A stretch of DNA of 64,000 nucleotides. It comes from Clostridiales bacterium UBA5448. Its GTDB lineage: Bacteria > Bacillota > Clostridia > Oscillospirales > SIG627. Under the pieces are notes generated by a model, which was given only the letters and a program-made list of their open reading frames with translations, was not told the DNA's origin and did no database searches. The translations under genes and the position numbers were made by a program. Positions 20,449-30,099 of the stretch are shown here, one piece after another; the stretch's first letter is position 1; the number at the start of each line of letters is the position of its first letter. Location: NCBI GenBank assembly GCA_002427425.1, contig DIRA01000025.1, forward strand, positions 921 to 64,920, in the 5' to 3' direction.

Positions 20449-21744
20449 TTATCTGGAAGCGTTCAAAGCCTGTTCAAGATCCTCAATAATATCCGAGGCG
20501 CTTTCAATTCCTACGGATAGTCTTATCAACTCCGGCGTAATACCACAGTCGGACAACTGTTCATCGGTCAGCTGTCGGTGGGTGGTGGAAGCAGGGTGCA
20601 ACACGCTGGTACGGGCATCCGCCACATGTACCACAATGGCAGCCAGTTTCAAAGCATCCATCCATTGCGCCGCCCGTTCCCGTCCGCCGGCAACGCCAAA
20701 AGAAACGACCCCGGAAGCACCGATAAACACGCCTTGCTCATTTTTTAAATATTTCTTTGCCAAGGGATAATCAGGATCGCTGCTAAGACCGGGATAGTGT
20801 ACAAAGCAGACATCACCACCCAATTTGCTCTGCAAATAACGAGAAACCTCCATGGCATTTTGGCAATGGCGTTCCATTCTTAAATGGAGCGTTTCTAATC
20901 CCAGATTCAATAAAAATGCATTATATGGTCCGGGAACGGCACCAAAATCACGGAGTAGCATGGTACGTGCTTTGGCAATGTAAGCCGCATTTCCGAATTG
21001 TTCAGAATAAACAACACCGTGATACGAAGCATTGGGCTGGGAAAATTCCGGGAATACCGACCAGTCAAAATTTCCGCCATCCACAATCACGCCGCCTATG
21101 GCACAGGCATGGCCGTCCATATATTTCGAGGTAGAATGAATGACCACATTGGCGCCGTGTTCAAATGGCCTGCACAAATACGGGGTGGCAAAGGTATTGT
21201 CAATCACCAAGGGAATCCCGTGGCGATGAGCCAGGTTGGCGTATCGTTCAATATCAAAAATCCGAAGCACGGGATTGGCAATGGTCTCACCGAACAACAA
21301 ACGGGTGTGACTATCGATTTTGCTTTCCACCTCCGCGTCAGTCTCGGAAAGCAGAAAATATCGCACTTCAATACCCATCCGTTCCAATTGCACCGACATC
21401 AAATTGATGGTACCGCCATAAATGACAGAGGAAGCAAGAAAATTATCGCCCGCTTTGCATACATTTAATATCGCCATCAAAGAAGCCGCCTGACCGGATG
21501 CGGTTAGCATGGCACCACTGCCCCCTTCAAGGACAGCGATTTTTTCTTCCACAGCCGCGAAGGTAGGATTGGAAATGCGGGTATACATGTGTCCGTCTAC
21601 CTTCAAATCGAACAAGTCGCCAACATGGCTGCTGGAATCATATTTGAACGTAGTGGACTGATAAATAGGCAATACTCTGGGTTGACCGTTGGAAGGACGA
21701 TATCCTTCCTGTACACATTGCGTACCGATCCTATATTTTTTCAT
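20449..21744 (-). CDS. metY: O-acetylhomoserine aminocarboxypropyltransferase / sulfhydrylase (PLP-dependent)
   Basis: Cys/Met metabolism PLP family; HSTSKYMDGH contains the PLP lysine; 431 aa. Confidence 0.9.
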   Translation of the reverse strand: MKKYRIGTQCVQEGYRPSNGQPRVLPIYQSTTFKYDSSSHVGDLFDLKVDGHMYTRISNPTFAAVEEKIAVLEGGSGAMLTASGQAASLMAILNVCKAGDNFLASSVIYGGTINLMSVQLERMGIEVRYFLLSETDAEVESKIDSHTRLLFGETIANPVLRIFDIERYANLAHRHGIPLVIDNTFATPYLCRPFEHGANVVIHSTSKYMDGHACAIGGVIVDGGNFDWSVFPEFSQPNASYHGVVYSEQFGNAAYIAKARTMLLRDFGAVPGPYNAFLLNLGLETLHLRMERHCQNAMEVSRYLQSKLGGDVCFVHYPGLSSDPDYPLAKKYLKNEQGVFIGASGVVSFGVAGGRERAAQWMDALKLAAIVVHVADARTSVLHPASTTHRQLTDEQLSDCGITPELIRLSVGIESASDIIEDLEQALNASR

Positions 21745-21799
21745 GCTCTACCAACTTTCCTTTTTCATTCATAAATTATATCACATTGCATCGCGAAAA

Positions 21800-22648
21800 T
21801 CAAGACTGTTTAGAATGAATTTTGCTGCTCTCCGGTACGTACCGCTCAAATATATAAGAATCAAACCAGGCTTTTCCTACACTATTTTCTTTTTCGATGG
21901 AACGAAACGTCCATCCGATGGTGGATACATGAAAAAATTTACGGCAAAAACGAAATCCCCATACATCCACACAGTTCTGATTATACGCCACGTAATCAGG
22001 ACGTCCCAAAAAATTGAACAGCAAATGATTTTGCATGAACCGTCCCAGATAGCTTTTACCGTCTTTTTTGGTAAACTTACTGGACAATTGCCCCCGAATG
22101 ATGTGGGGCGCATTTTTCCGGAACCATCCGGGTATCAAAGGATGGAATGACTGGATGCAGACAGGTCCATGATGATTTTGTATCTGATGCAACGTATCCC
22201 GGCATAAAGAAGGCACATCATTTTGAAATTCTACCTTGATTTCACAGATAATAGGCAGAGTACCCATCAGCCGTAATACATCGGCAAACAAAGGAATGGT
22301 TTCCGTACTGTTGAGCAAAGGGTATTGTTTCAGTTCTTCCCACGTGCATTCTCTCACCTTTTTATCAATGCCGCACATACGTTTCAAGTCGGAATCGTGA
22401 AAAACCACCAAATAATGATCCTGTGTATGCCGCACATCCAATTCAACACCGTATCCCGCTTCCGCCGCGGCTTTGAAGGCCGCCGGGGAGTTTTCAGGAA
22501 TACGCCCACTGCCAGTGTGAAGCCCCCGATGGGCAAATCGGCGACCAAGAAAAGGACGCAAATCCCGCTTTTGATTGGGTTTCATCAGATATAAAACCAA
22601 CAGAATACACACCGCAATTAAAGCGAAAAAGATATACAGTACAATCAT
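21800..22648 (-). CDS. Glycerophosphodiester phosphodiesterase family protein, membrane anchored
   Basis: N-terminal TM, then FAHRGLH..PENS..ELDV..FHD GDPD motifs. Confidence 0.8.
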   Translation of the reverse strand: MIVLYIFFALIAVCILLVLYLMKPNQKRDLRPFLGRRFAHRGLHTGSGRIPENSPAAFKAAAEAGYGVELDVRHTQDHYLVVFHDSDLKRMCGIDKKVRECTWEELKQYPLLNSTETIPLFADVLRLMGTLPIICEIKVEFQNDVPSLCRDTLHQIQNHHGPVCIQSFHPLIPGWFRKNAPHIIRGQLSSKFTKKDGKSYLGRFMQNHLLFNFLGRPDYVAYNQNCVDVWGFRFCRKFFHVSTIGWTFRSIEKENSVGKAWFDSYIFERYVPESSKIHSKQS

Positions 22649-22651
22649 GGC

Positions 22652-23938
22652 TTATCTCCTGCTCGGCACATAATCACCATGTTTGACAAACAGCATGGTG
22701 ATGAATGCCAGTACGGAAAATACCGTGGCATAGGGAAACAAAACGCGATATCCCAACTGTAAAGTATCGATCAAAAAAGCAGACAACAAGGGGGTTACCA
22801 CTTGGGCAGCCATGGAAAAAGCATAATAGTAGCCGGTATATTTTCCCACATCTCCGGAGGAACTCATTTCAACCACCATAGGATAGGAATTCACATTGAT
22901 GGCAGCCCATCCCACCCCCACCATTCCAAAAATGACATACATCAACGCGGAGGGTTTCAGAACAAAAATAGCGACGATATAACAGACAGTCAAAAGCGAA
23001 ACACCCGATAAAATGGTCTTCTTCCGTCCCAATTTACTCGACAAAAATCCCAGAGGCACAAAGCTGATGATCGCCACAATGGTCGCCACGGTCAAATATC
23101 CGGAAGAAGCCCCCAAATCCACTTTCCAGATATCATAGCAGTAACGGGAAAAAGCGGTGGATACCGCATTGTAGGCCATAAACCAGAAAAAAACAGACAA
23201 CAAAATAAACACGAGGCTTTTTAACACCGGTTTTGACAATGTGTTGCCTTTCCCCACAGAGGTGGTGGTGCTTTCCACTTCGCTTTTGGCCACTTCGTCC
23301 CGGGTCAAAGCTACAATCTTTTTTTCTTTGATGGTCAGTACAAAAATCAAAACAGCCACCAGCATAAATGCAGCAATGAAAAAAAAGATGGTTTTAAAAT
23401 CCTGATTTTCAGAATAAACGCTTTCCCCCCGTTCATTCTTTTCACTACGCAGCAAAATTGACATCATGATGGTGGCGTAAATACCGCCGATGTAGCCAAT
23501 CAAATTGATGATGGCATTTGCTTTGCTCCGCAGGGGTTTGGGAGTAACGTCCGGCATAAATGCCACCGCGGGAGAACGATATGTACTCATCACAAACAGC
23601 AATCCAACCAAGCAAATAAAAAACGCAATGAAATTCACCCGCTCCTGAAGAAAAGCCAGAATCACCAATAATATCACGGCACAAATAGTACCGCAAAAAA
23701 TATAAGGCGTTCTTTTTCCGAAGGATGTTTTTGTCTTGTCGGACAAAGCACCGAAGAAAGGAAGCATGAACAAGGCAAATACATTGTCAATAGACATAAT
23801 GGCGTTTGTCCAAAATGTATTCAGTTTAAAAACATGCTCCAGCAAAAAGGGAATGACCTGGTCATAGAATCCCCAGAAAGAGAGAATGGACATAAAGGCG
23901 AATCCTATGAAAATCGTACGCCGCGTGTTGAGTTTCAT
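22652..23938 (-). CDS. MFS transporter
   Basis: 12-TM pattern starting MKLNTRRTIFIGFAF. The ORF is trimmed to Met91 (ATG 23938) because the longer form overlaps sdaAA. Confidence 0.8.
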   Translation of the reverse strand: MKLNTRRTIFIGFAFMSILSFWGFYDQVIPFLLEHVFKLNTFWTNAIMSIDNVFALFMLPFFGALSDKTKTSFGKRTPYIFCGTICAVILLVILAFLQERVNFIAFFICLVGLLFVMSTYRSPAVAFMPDVTPKPLRSKANAIINLIGYIGGIYATIMMSILLRSEKNERGESVYSENQDFKTIFFFIAAFMLVAVLIFVLTIKEKKIVALTRDEVAKSEVESTTTSVGKGNTLSKPVLKSLVFILLSVFFWFMAYNAVSTAFSRYCYDIWKVDLGASSGYLTVATIVAIISFVPLGFLSSKLGRKKTILSGVSLLTVCYIVAIFVLKPSALMYVIFGMVGVGWAAINVNSYPMVVEMSSSGDVGKYTGYYYAFSMAAQVVTPLLSAFLIDTLQLGYRVLFPYATVFSVLAFITMLFVKHGDYVPSRR

Positions 23939-23955
23939 ATCACACAATCCTTTCG

Positions 23956-24831
23956 TCAATGAGAACCAAACAGTTCTTTTTTTATTTTTCTGCCTGTCGG
24001 TGTAACGGCTAAGCCGCCCAATGCCGTTTCTTTCAATTGCATGGGAAGCATCTTTCCTACTTTCAACATAGCATCCAGCACTTCGTCGTGGGGGATGGGC
24101 AGTTCCATCCCTCCCAAAGCAAGATCCGCGCTTAACAAGGCATTGACCGCCCCCGAAGCGTTCCGCTGGGCACAAGGGATTTGAACCAGACCTGCCACAG
24201 GATCGCATATTAAGCCCATGATATTAACAATGGCAATGGAAAATCCATCCAGCGCACAACGAGGAGAACCACCGGACAATTGCACGGCTGCCGCCGCTGC
24301 CATCGCTGCCGCCACGCCGCATTCCAGCTGACAGCCACCTTCCGCCCCGGAAACCGAAGCGTTCCGAATCACCACAGAGCCAAGCCCCGATGCGGTAATC
24401 AAAGCATCCAAGGCATCCTTTTCGCTCTTATCCAATTCTTCCGTCAGAGAAATGACCACGGAGGGTAAAATGCCGCAGGAACCGGCGGTAGGGGCGGCGC
24501 AAATTCGGCTCATGGAAGCGTTGGCTTCACTGCCGGACAAAGCTCTTGCCATGGTCACATTGATAAAACGACCACAAATACCGCCCTTTTCAACCGCATA
24601 TTCAAAATGACGGTAGGCATTCCCCTCGATCAATGATCCTTTGGTTTGCAGCTTTTTCTGCAGAGCTTTTAACCCGGCATTCTGCATCACCCCATACCGC
24701 ACTTTCACTTCATTATAAATTTCTTGTCCGGATTTACCCGTCAATTGCATTTCGTTTTCCAAAATGATCTCATACAAAGGTACCTGTTTGCTTTCACACA
24801 AGGAAAGCAATTCTGCAAAATTATGATACAT
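23956..24831 (-). CDS. sdaAA: L-serine ammonia-lyase (Fe-S dependent), alpha subunit
   Basis: ICAAPTAGSCGILP, GAEGGCQLECG cluster-ligand motifs. Confidence 0.9.
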   Translation of the reverse strand: MYHNFAELLSLCESKQVPLYEIILENEMQLTGKSGQEIYNEVKVRYGVMQNAGLKALQKKLQTKGSLIEGNAYRHFEYAVEKGGICGRFINVTMARALSGSEANASMSRICAAPTAGSCGILPSVVISLTEELDKSEKDALDALITASGLGSVVIRNASVSGAEGGCQLECGVAAAMAAAAAVQLSGGSPRCALDGFSIAIVNIMGLICDPVAGLVQIPCAQRNASGAVNALLSADLALGGMELPIPHDEVLDAMLKVGKMLPMQLKETALGGLAVTPTGRKIKKELFGSH

Positions 24832-24843
24832 ATCATACCATCC

Positions 24844-25509
24844 TTATTTTTCGTTGATGATGCAAACCGAAAGAATATTCTCGATTTGCTTGATTTTTTC
24901 ATAAATTTCATTCGAGATAAACCCATCGGTTTCGATGATGCAGCAGGCAATGCCGCCCCGGCCGTCCCGGCTTAATTTCAAATTGGCTATATTCACATCA
25001 AAATCGGCAAAAATTTTAGACACACGGCTGACCATGCCTTGGATGTCTTTCTGGAAAATTAGTACTGTAGGAGAAAGAACGGAAAACTCTGCGACAAACC
25101 CGTCTACCCGATTGATAGTGATGATGCCGCCGCCAATGGAGGCGCCGATGATGGTACGGGAATGCCCATCGGGAAACAAAAATGTCATTTGCACGGAATT
25201 TTCATGCATATCATCCAATTCAGTTTCATAAAACGAAAAGGATAGTTTTCTCTCTTTTGCCAAATCAAAGGAAAGAGCTAGGTGCTCATCGTCTTCCCGC
25301 AAGCCCAGCGCACCGGCTACCAAGGCTTTGTCGGTACCATGGCCCAAATAGGTTTTTGCAAAAGAACCGTGCAAACCGAAAGAAACCGATGTATATCCTT
25401 TTCCGGCAATGATGCCGGCAATGCGGGATAGTCTGGCTGCCCCCGCCGTGTGGGAACTGGAAGGACCGATCATCACGGGTCCTAAGGATTCAAAAATGCT
25501 AATATTCAT
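24844..25509 (-). CDS. sdaAB: L-serine ammonia-lyase (Fe-S dependent), beta subunit
   Basis: GPVMIGPSSSHTAG N-terminus plus a C-terminal ACT-like domain. Confidence 0.9.
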   Translation of the reverse strand: MNISIFESLGPVMIGPSSSHTAGAARLSRIAGIIAGKGYTSVSFGLHGSFAKTYLGHGTDKALVAGALGLREDDEHLALSFDLAKERKLSFSFYETELDDMHENSVQMTFLFPDGHSRTIIGASIGGGIITINRVDGFVAEFSVLSPTVLIFQKDIQGMVSRVSKIFADFDVNIANLKLSRDGRGGIACCIIETDGFISNEIYEKIKQIENILSVCIINEK

Positions 25510-25596
25510 ATTTCCATAATCCTTTTTCTTTTATCTATACTCTTTACTTTTCCTATATTCTGCCATATAATTAAAAAAAAATCAATGAGGCATTTT

Positions 25597-26181
25597 ATGT
25601 ATCAAAAAATTTTGGAATTATACAACGGCATTCCTACACTGGAATCTTCCCGGCTCACCTTAAGACGGATGCTTGCAAAAGATTATTTAGATATGTACGA
25701 GTATGCAAGCAATCCCATCGTTTCCCAATATCTTTTATGGAATCCCCATGACAGCCCCTCATTTACAAAAAAATACTTAAAGCAGATGCAGCGGGAATAT
25801 GAAGCGGGCCATTTCTACGATTGGGCATTGGAACGTAAATCAGATGGAAAAATGATCGGCACCTGCGGGTTTACTGTGTTTTCGGAGCGGCACAACTTTG
25901 TAGAATTGGGATATGTACTCAATCCATCCTGCTGGAATATGGGATATACCACTGAAGCAGTATCCCGTGTCATAGCATTTTCTTTTGAAGAGTTGGACGT
26001 GGAGCGGATAGAAGCTCGCCATATGGACGGCAACTGGGCATCGGGCAAAGTGATGATGAAATGCGGTATGCAAAAAGAAGGTGTTCTGCGAAACGCGGTA
26101 CGGAAAAATGATTTCTATAAAACGGTGTACCTATATTCCATTCTTAAAGAACATTATTTTCATGTCGACGAAACAACCTGA
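25597..26181 (+). CDS. GNAT family N-acetyltransferase (RimJ/RimL-like)
   Basis: LTLRRM..W.LE.K..GKMIGTCGF..GY.L....WN.GYTTEA pattern. Start chosen at ATG 25597 after GAGG. Confidence 0.8.
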   Translation: MYQKILELYNGIPTLESSRLTLRRMLAKDYLDMYEYASNPIVSQYLLWNPHDSPSFTKKYLKQMQREYEAGHFYDWALERKSDGKMIGTCGFTVFSERHNFVELGYVLNPSCWNMGYTTEAVSRVIAFSFEELDVERIEARHMDGNWASGKVMMKCGMQKEGVLRNAVRKNDFYKTVYLYSILKEHYFHVDETT

Positions 26182-26190
26182 ATCAGTACA

Positions 26191-26222
26191 CAAAAAAGAG
26201 GCCAGTTTTGACCTCTTTTTAT
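26191..26222. terminator. Weak bidirectional terminator
   Basis: AAAAAAGAGGCC..GACCTCTTTTTA with one mismatch in a short stem, between convergent genes. Confidence 0.4.
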
Positions 26223-26974
26223 TTGGCTTTGAAAAAACGATGCCCTTCCATTTCAAATAAAAACTTCAAATCGTTTTCAAACCAATTGGCTGAGGATTGT
26301 TTAGCACGGGCAGGTGCATAAAAATAAACAGCTCCCTTGGAAATATCCTGGGCATTTCCGTTTAAAACGGAATAGACGGCCTGAATGGTATCATCGGTGG
26401 GCATATACTTCGGCTGATAATAATTGGATATAGTAGAAAACTGGTTTTTGCTGTGTAGCACGGCATACACCGTACTGGGAAATTTTCCGGAACGAACACG
26501 GTTTACGATCACCCAGGTGATAATCTGCTTGTGCTCGTAGGATAACCCGCGGGCTTCTCGTTCCACAACAAAGCAAATCATATCAAATTCCTGTTCGCTT
26601 AAGGAAATGATAAACACTCCTTCCATGCTTTCATCCAAATAGGGTTGGTTTACATCCCACTCTTCTTCGGGACTGTTTATTTGTACTTGTGTCAATGCTT
26701 CGTCATTCCGTAAATAGGTGGAATATACTTTAGAAATTTTTTCTTCCGTTACAGACACTGGCTGAGATACGGCAACGTCATCACCCGTCTTCAATGGAAA
26801 ATCACTGTCAACAGAACCTTTTGACGTTTCCGCCGGCAAAGATAAATAACTGCTTAAATAAATGGAAGCGGGTGCGCAAACGATCACAAACACAAGTACA
26901 GCAGAAACCAAGCCAAGCCAAAATGCACGGCCGGTTTGCGTGCGATAAAAATCGCTTCTGATCAATCCTTTCAT
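26219..26974 (-). CDS. Cell wall hydrolase (SleB-like Hydrolase_2 domain), membrane anchored
   Basis: N-terminal TM. The C-terminus has EARG..VIVNRV.S..FP.TV..V......QFS motifs of spore-cortex-lytic-type hydrolases. Confidence 0.7.
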   Translation of the reverse strand: MKGLIRSDFYRTQTGRAFWLGLVSAVLVFVIVCAPASIYLSSYLSLPAETSKGSVDSDFPLKTGDDVAVSQPVSVTEEKISKVYSTYLRNDEALTQVQINSPEEEWDVNQPYLDESMEGVFIISLSEQEFDMICFVVEREARGLSYEHKQIITWVIVNRVRSGKFPSTVYAVLHSKNQFSTISNYYQPKYMPTDDTIQAVYSVLNGNAQDISKGAVYFYAPARAKQSSANWFENDLKFLFEMEGHRFFKAK

Positions 26975-27237
26975 AATAGTCCTTTCTTGTCAGCATCACT
27001 ACGTTTACTCCCTACATATGTATCAGGGTCAATATATATATATTGTATAAATAGCAAAACAATGACAATTAATTTGTTTGCGCGTAAAGCGTGTTTATCA
27101 TTATAGCAAAGTTTATTTGAAAAGAAAAGACTATTTACTTGTTCATAACACCAATTTTTTCCATGTTTTTTTGTATTTTTTGTATATTTTAGTATAAAAT
27201 GCTAACAATAAGATTACAAAAACAAGGAGGATGCATT

Positions 27238-27420
27238 ATGAACAACACAATGAGAACAGTGGCAAAGAGCACCATCATCGGTCTGGCGGTTGCAGGAATC
27301 GCGGCGGGAAGCGTAGTTATGTTGAAGCGGGACAAAAAGCCACACATGAAACAAAGCGCAAACAAAGCTTTGAAAGCTGCCGGCAATTTCATCGATCAGC
27401 TGACACAATTAACCGATTGA
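27238..27420 (+). CDS. Small single-TM protein (60 aa)
   Basis: AAGGAGG RBS 7 nt before ATG 27238; TM STIIGLAVAGIAAGSVVML; followed by a hairpin. Confidence 0.45.
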   Translation: MNNTMRTVAKSTIIGLAVAGIAAGSVVMLKRDKKPHMKQSANKALKAAGNFIDQLTQLTD

Positions 27421-27423
27421 CCG

Positions 27424-27460
27424 ACCGACGCCTAGTGCGTCGGTTACATATTTATTTGTC
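27424..27460 (+). terminator. Candidate terminator
   Basis: Stem ACCGACGC / GCGTCGGT with a 5-nt loop, then an interrupted T-tract. Confidence 0.45.
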
Positions 27461-27483
27461 CATGTTTTTGATCAAATCCTCTA

Positions 27484-27512
27484 TTGACATTCCTAAAATC
27501 CTTTGCTAAAAT
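27484..27512 (+). promoter_or_regulatory. Candidate sigma-A promoter
   Basis: TTGACA (27484-27489), 17 nt, TAAAAT (27507-27512), upstream of the oxidoreductase gene. Confidence 0.5.
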
Positions 27513-27545
27513 ACAATAAAACTATGTGAAAAAGGGGATAAAATC

Positions 27546-28619
27546 ATGATCAAATTAGCGATTTCCGGTCTTGGCCGTATGGGTATGATGCATTTGAGCA
27601 TCTATGAAAAACTGGTTGAAGAAGGTTACCCTCTGCAAATCGTGGCTATATGTGATGTAGATGCATATAAATTGGAAGGAAAATCCACAGCGATCACCAA
27701 TTTAGTGAACAGTGCCTCAGAAAACAAATTGAGCGAATATAAACACTATTCATCTCTCACCGAAATGCTGGATCATGAAGAACTGGATGTGGTGGATATT
27801 GTCATGCCCACGCATCTTCATGCACACGCTTCCATCGAAGTGTTAAACCGAGGAATTCACTGTTTCTGCGAAAAACCCATGGCAACCACCGTGGAAGATT
27901 GCCAAAAAATGATTGATGCGGCAAAACGCGCAGGCAAAAATCTGATGATCGGTCATTGTCTCCACTTCTGGCCCGAATATGTTTACTTAAACGACTGTGT
28001 GAAAAACGAAACGTTTGGAAAAGTCAACGGCGGCTATTTCTGGAGAGGCGGGGATCAGGATCATGTGAAAAACCCTTCCTGGAACAACTGGATTTTAAAA
28101 CGGGAGTGTGGCGGCGGCGCCATTTTTGATCAGCATGTTCATGATGTGGAAGTCATCAACTGGATTTTCGGCAAACCTCGGGCCGTCAGTACATTGGGTA
28201 AAAGCAATGCCACACAAACCTATCTGGGAATGATGGAAGACGATCACAAAACCTACAACATCGTGAATACCAATTATATATATGAAGAAGCAACAGTCAT
28301 CACCGCCCTGGATGATACCTCCTATATCGGTTACCCCTTCGGATACGGCTTCAGAGTCAATCTGGACAGTGCCACCATCGCATATGAAAATAGTGAGTTG
28401 ATGGTGTACCGGGCAAACCAAAAACCCTTTCAACCCGACTTGTCGGTATACGGTTCCTCAAATGCATACTACAACGAATTCAAATACTATCTGGATTGCG
28501 TGAAAGCCGGCGTTGCTCCTGATAAAATACCCAACTGTGGCAGCAAAAACGCCATTCATATGACCCTGTGCGAAATTGAATCCGCCGACCATAACGGTAA
28601 AATCGTTTTCTGCTCATAA
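27546..28619 (+). CDS. Gfo/Idh/MocA family oxidoreductase
   Basis: Rossmann N-terminus (KLAISGLGRMG), EKP motif (FCEKPMA), C-terminal alpha/beta domain. Confidence 0.85.
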   Translation: MIKLAISGLGRMGMMHLSIYEKLVEEGYPLQIVAICDVDAYKLEGKSTAITNLVNSASENKLSEYKHYSSLTEMLDHEELDVVDIVMPTHLHAHASIEVLNRGIHCFCEKPMATTVEDCQKMIDAAKRAGKNLMIGHCLHFWPEYVYLNDCVKNETFGKVNGGYFWRGGDQDHVKNPSWNNWILKRECGGGAIFDQHVHDVEVINWIFGKPRAVSTLGKSNATQTYLGMMEDDHKTYNIVNTNYIYEEATVITALDDTSYIGYPFGYGFRVNLDSATIAYENSELMVYRANQKPFQPDLSVYGSSNAYYNEFKYYLDCVKAGVAPDKIPNCGSKNAIHMTLCEIESADHNGKIVFCS

Positions 28620-28627
28620 AAACTATG

Positions 28628-28660
28628 TACGCACAAGCCTCAGGCTTGTGCGTATTTTTT
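28628..28660. terminator. Bidirectional rho-independent terminator
   Basis: 12-bp stem TACGCACAAGCC / GGCTTGTGCGTA, loop TCA, then a T6 run. Confidence 0.75.
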
Positions 28661-28922
28661 AACCCTGGGAAAATTGCTGTTTGATTTGATTGACTTTATC
28701 CTGCGGAGCGGATTCCACGGAATACCAACCTCTTTTGCTGATACTGGAAAACACATCATGCTGAATGGTGTGTTCCTCATTTAATATGCTCATAAAGAGA
28801 TTTTTCACTTCATTGCCCGCACATTCATTGGCATAGTTGTTGTAATCTCCGGTGATGGCTTTTTGACTGTGGAGCAAGTCCGTAGCCATTTCCCTGTCGC
28901 CAAAAGTAGAATTTACACTCAA
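28659..28922 (-). CDS. Spore coat protein, CotF family
   Basis: DREMATDLLHSQKAITGDYNNYANEC..LNEEH: Coat_F-like helical pattern. Confidence 0.7.
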   Translation of the reverse strand: MSVNSTFGDREMATDLLHSQKAITGDYNNYANECAGNEVKNLFMSILNEEHTIQHDVFSSISKRGWYSVESAPQDKVNQIKQQFSQG

Positions 28923-28937
28923 TGTTTCATTCCTCCT

Positions 28938-29123
28938 TTAAGATAACATTGCATACAGTTTGTCAAAATGCTGGGTATGCTTCGACGCAACTTGTTCATA
29001 CTTGGATTTGAGTTCCGGATCCTGCGTCTTTTGCGCATAAGAACGATATTTTGCAACCAATACCTTTTCGGAAGCCAACTGATCCGTAATCGCTCCTAAT
29101 TCTTTCGTCGTTAGATTTGCCAT
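28938..29123 (-). CDS. Small CotF-associated spore coat-like protein
   Basis: 61 aa; TTKELGAITDQLASEKVLVAKYRSYA resembles the N-terminal CotF-like helix pair. GGAGG RBS; co-oriented with the CotF gene. Confidence 0.5.
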   Translation of the reverse strand: MANLTTKELGAITDQLASEKVLVAKYRSYAQKTQDPELKSKYEQVASKHTQHFDKLYAMLS

Positions 29124-29221
29124 AAAACTACCTCCTTGTTAGAATCTATTTTGAGTATTTACATTCTTTTCTTTTTTATACAATCAATCAAAATTTTATC
29201 CAAAATTTGCATGTTTTTCTC

Positions 29222-29250
29222 TTGACACTGTGAATATAGTGTGTTACTAT
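29222..29250 (+). promoter_or_regulatory. Candidate sigma-A promoter of the DeoR/2-oxoacid dehydrogenase operon
   Basis: TTGACA (29222-29227), 17 nt, TACTAT (29245-29250). Confidence 0.5.
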
Positions 29251-29260
29251 ATAACAAGAG

Positions 29261-29275
29261 TGTTACGCTGTAACA
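29261..29275. promoter_or_regulatory. Candidate operator palindrome
   Basis: TGTTAC-GCT-GTAACA lies just downstream of the -10. A further GTGTTAC copy overlaps the -10 at 29241-29247. Confidence 0.4.
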
Positions 29276-29308
29276 TTTTCTGTGAAACTTATACAAAGGA
29301 GAATTGAA

Positions 29309-30082
29309 ATGAATCAAAAGCGACGAGAGGTATTGCAAGTCCATCTCCATTCCAAGCCCTTCACCTCCTATAAAGAACTTGAAATTCTGTTTCCCGAAGT
29401 ATCCGGCATGACCATAAGACGCGACATAGATTATTTTGAATCCATCGGTGAAGTCATCAAGGTTCGCTGCGGGGCGCGCAGCATGAAGTACATCACCACT
29501 TCATTTGAGGCGCCTTTTGTCCATCGGGCTTCACAGAACATCCGTTCCAAGCGGAAAATTGCCAAATACGCTGCCAACATGGTAGAAGCCGGCCGCTCCG
29601 TATTCATTGATTCGGGTACCACGGCACTGGAACTGGCAGCATTTTTGCCGGATGAGCGGCTGAACATCACCACCACCAGTCCTTCCGTAGCCCTTTCTTT
29701 GATGGATCACAGAAAGAGCATGGTGCATTTGGTGGGCGGATTGCTGCATCCCGAAAGTCTCTCCGTGTCCGGCTTGCCTGCCCTGTCCTATATCCAGGAA
29801 ATCAACATTGACATCGCATTGTTATCGCCTTCCGGATTTTCCTTAAAAGACGGGTTTACCTGTGGAAACTACGGGGAATGCGAATTAAAACGGCTGATCG
29901 TATCTAAAGCAAGAAAAGTCATCATTATCACTGACATCAACAAATACGACCGTTCTCTCCCCTATACATTTTGTCAACTTGACAATGTACATGATTTGGT
30001 AGTAGAATCTCCCCTGCCGGAAGAGTTTCTCAAAATAGCCCTGGAGAAAGGTACCAACGTGCATATTGCCGATACAATATAA
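29309..30082 (+). CDS. DeoR/GlpR family transcriptional regulator
   Basis: N-terminal wHTH (RREVLQV..SYKELEILFPEVSGMTIRRDIDYFE) plus a DeoR C-terminal sensor domain. AAGGAG RBS before ATG 29309. Confidence 0.85.
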   Translation: MNQKRREVLQVHLHSKPFTSYKELEILFPEVSGMTIRRDIDYFESIGEVIKVRCGARSMKYITTSFEAPFVHRASQNIRSKRKIAKYAANMVEAGRSVFIDSGTTALELAAFLPDERLNITTTSPSVALSLMDHRKSMVHLVGGLLHPESLSVSGLPALSYIQEINIDIALLSPSGFSLKDGFTCGNYGECELKRLIVSKARKVIIITDINKYDRSLPYTFCQLDNVHDLVVESPLPEEFLKIALEKGTNVHIADTI

Positions 30083-30099
30083 TTTTTTGGAGGTAGAAT

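Noticed and set aside
21745-21799. Looked for S-box (SAM) or T-box leaders upstream of metY, the yerC-metA operon (36240-36318) and lysS
   Set aside because: The upstream gaps (55, 79 and 51 nt) are too short for these ~100-250-nt leaders, and no conserved boxes are visible.
23939-24208. 90-codon N-terminal extension of the MFS transporter ORF
   Set aside because: It overlaps the 3' end of sdaAA in another frame and is Arg/Gly-rich. The transporter's first TM begins right after Met91.
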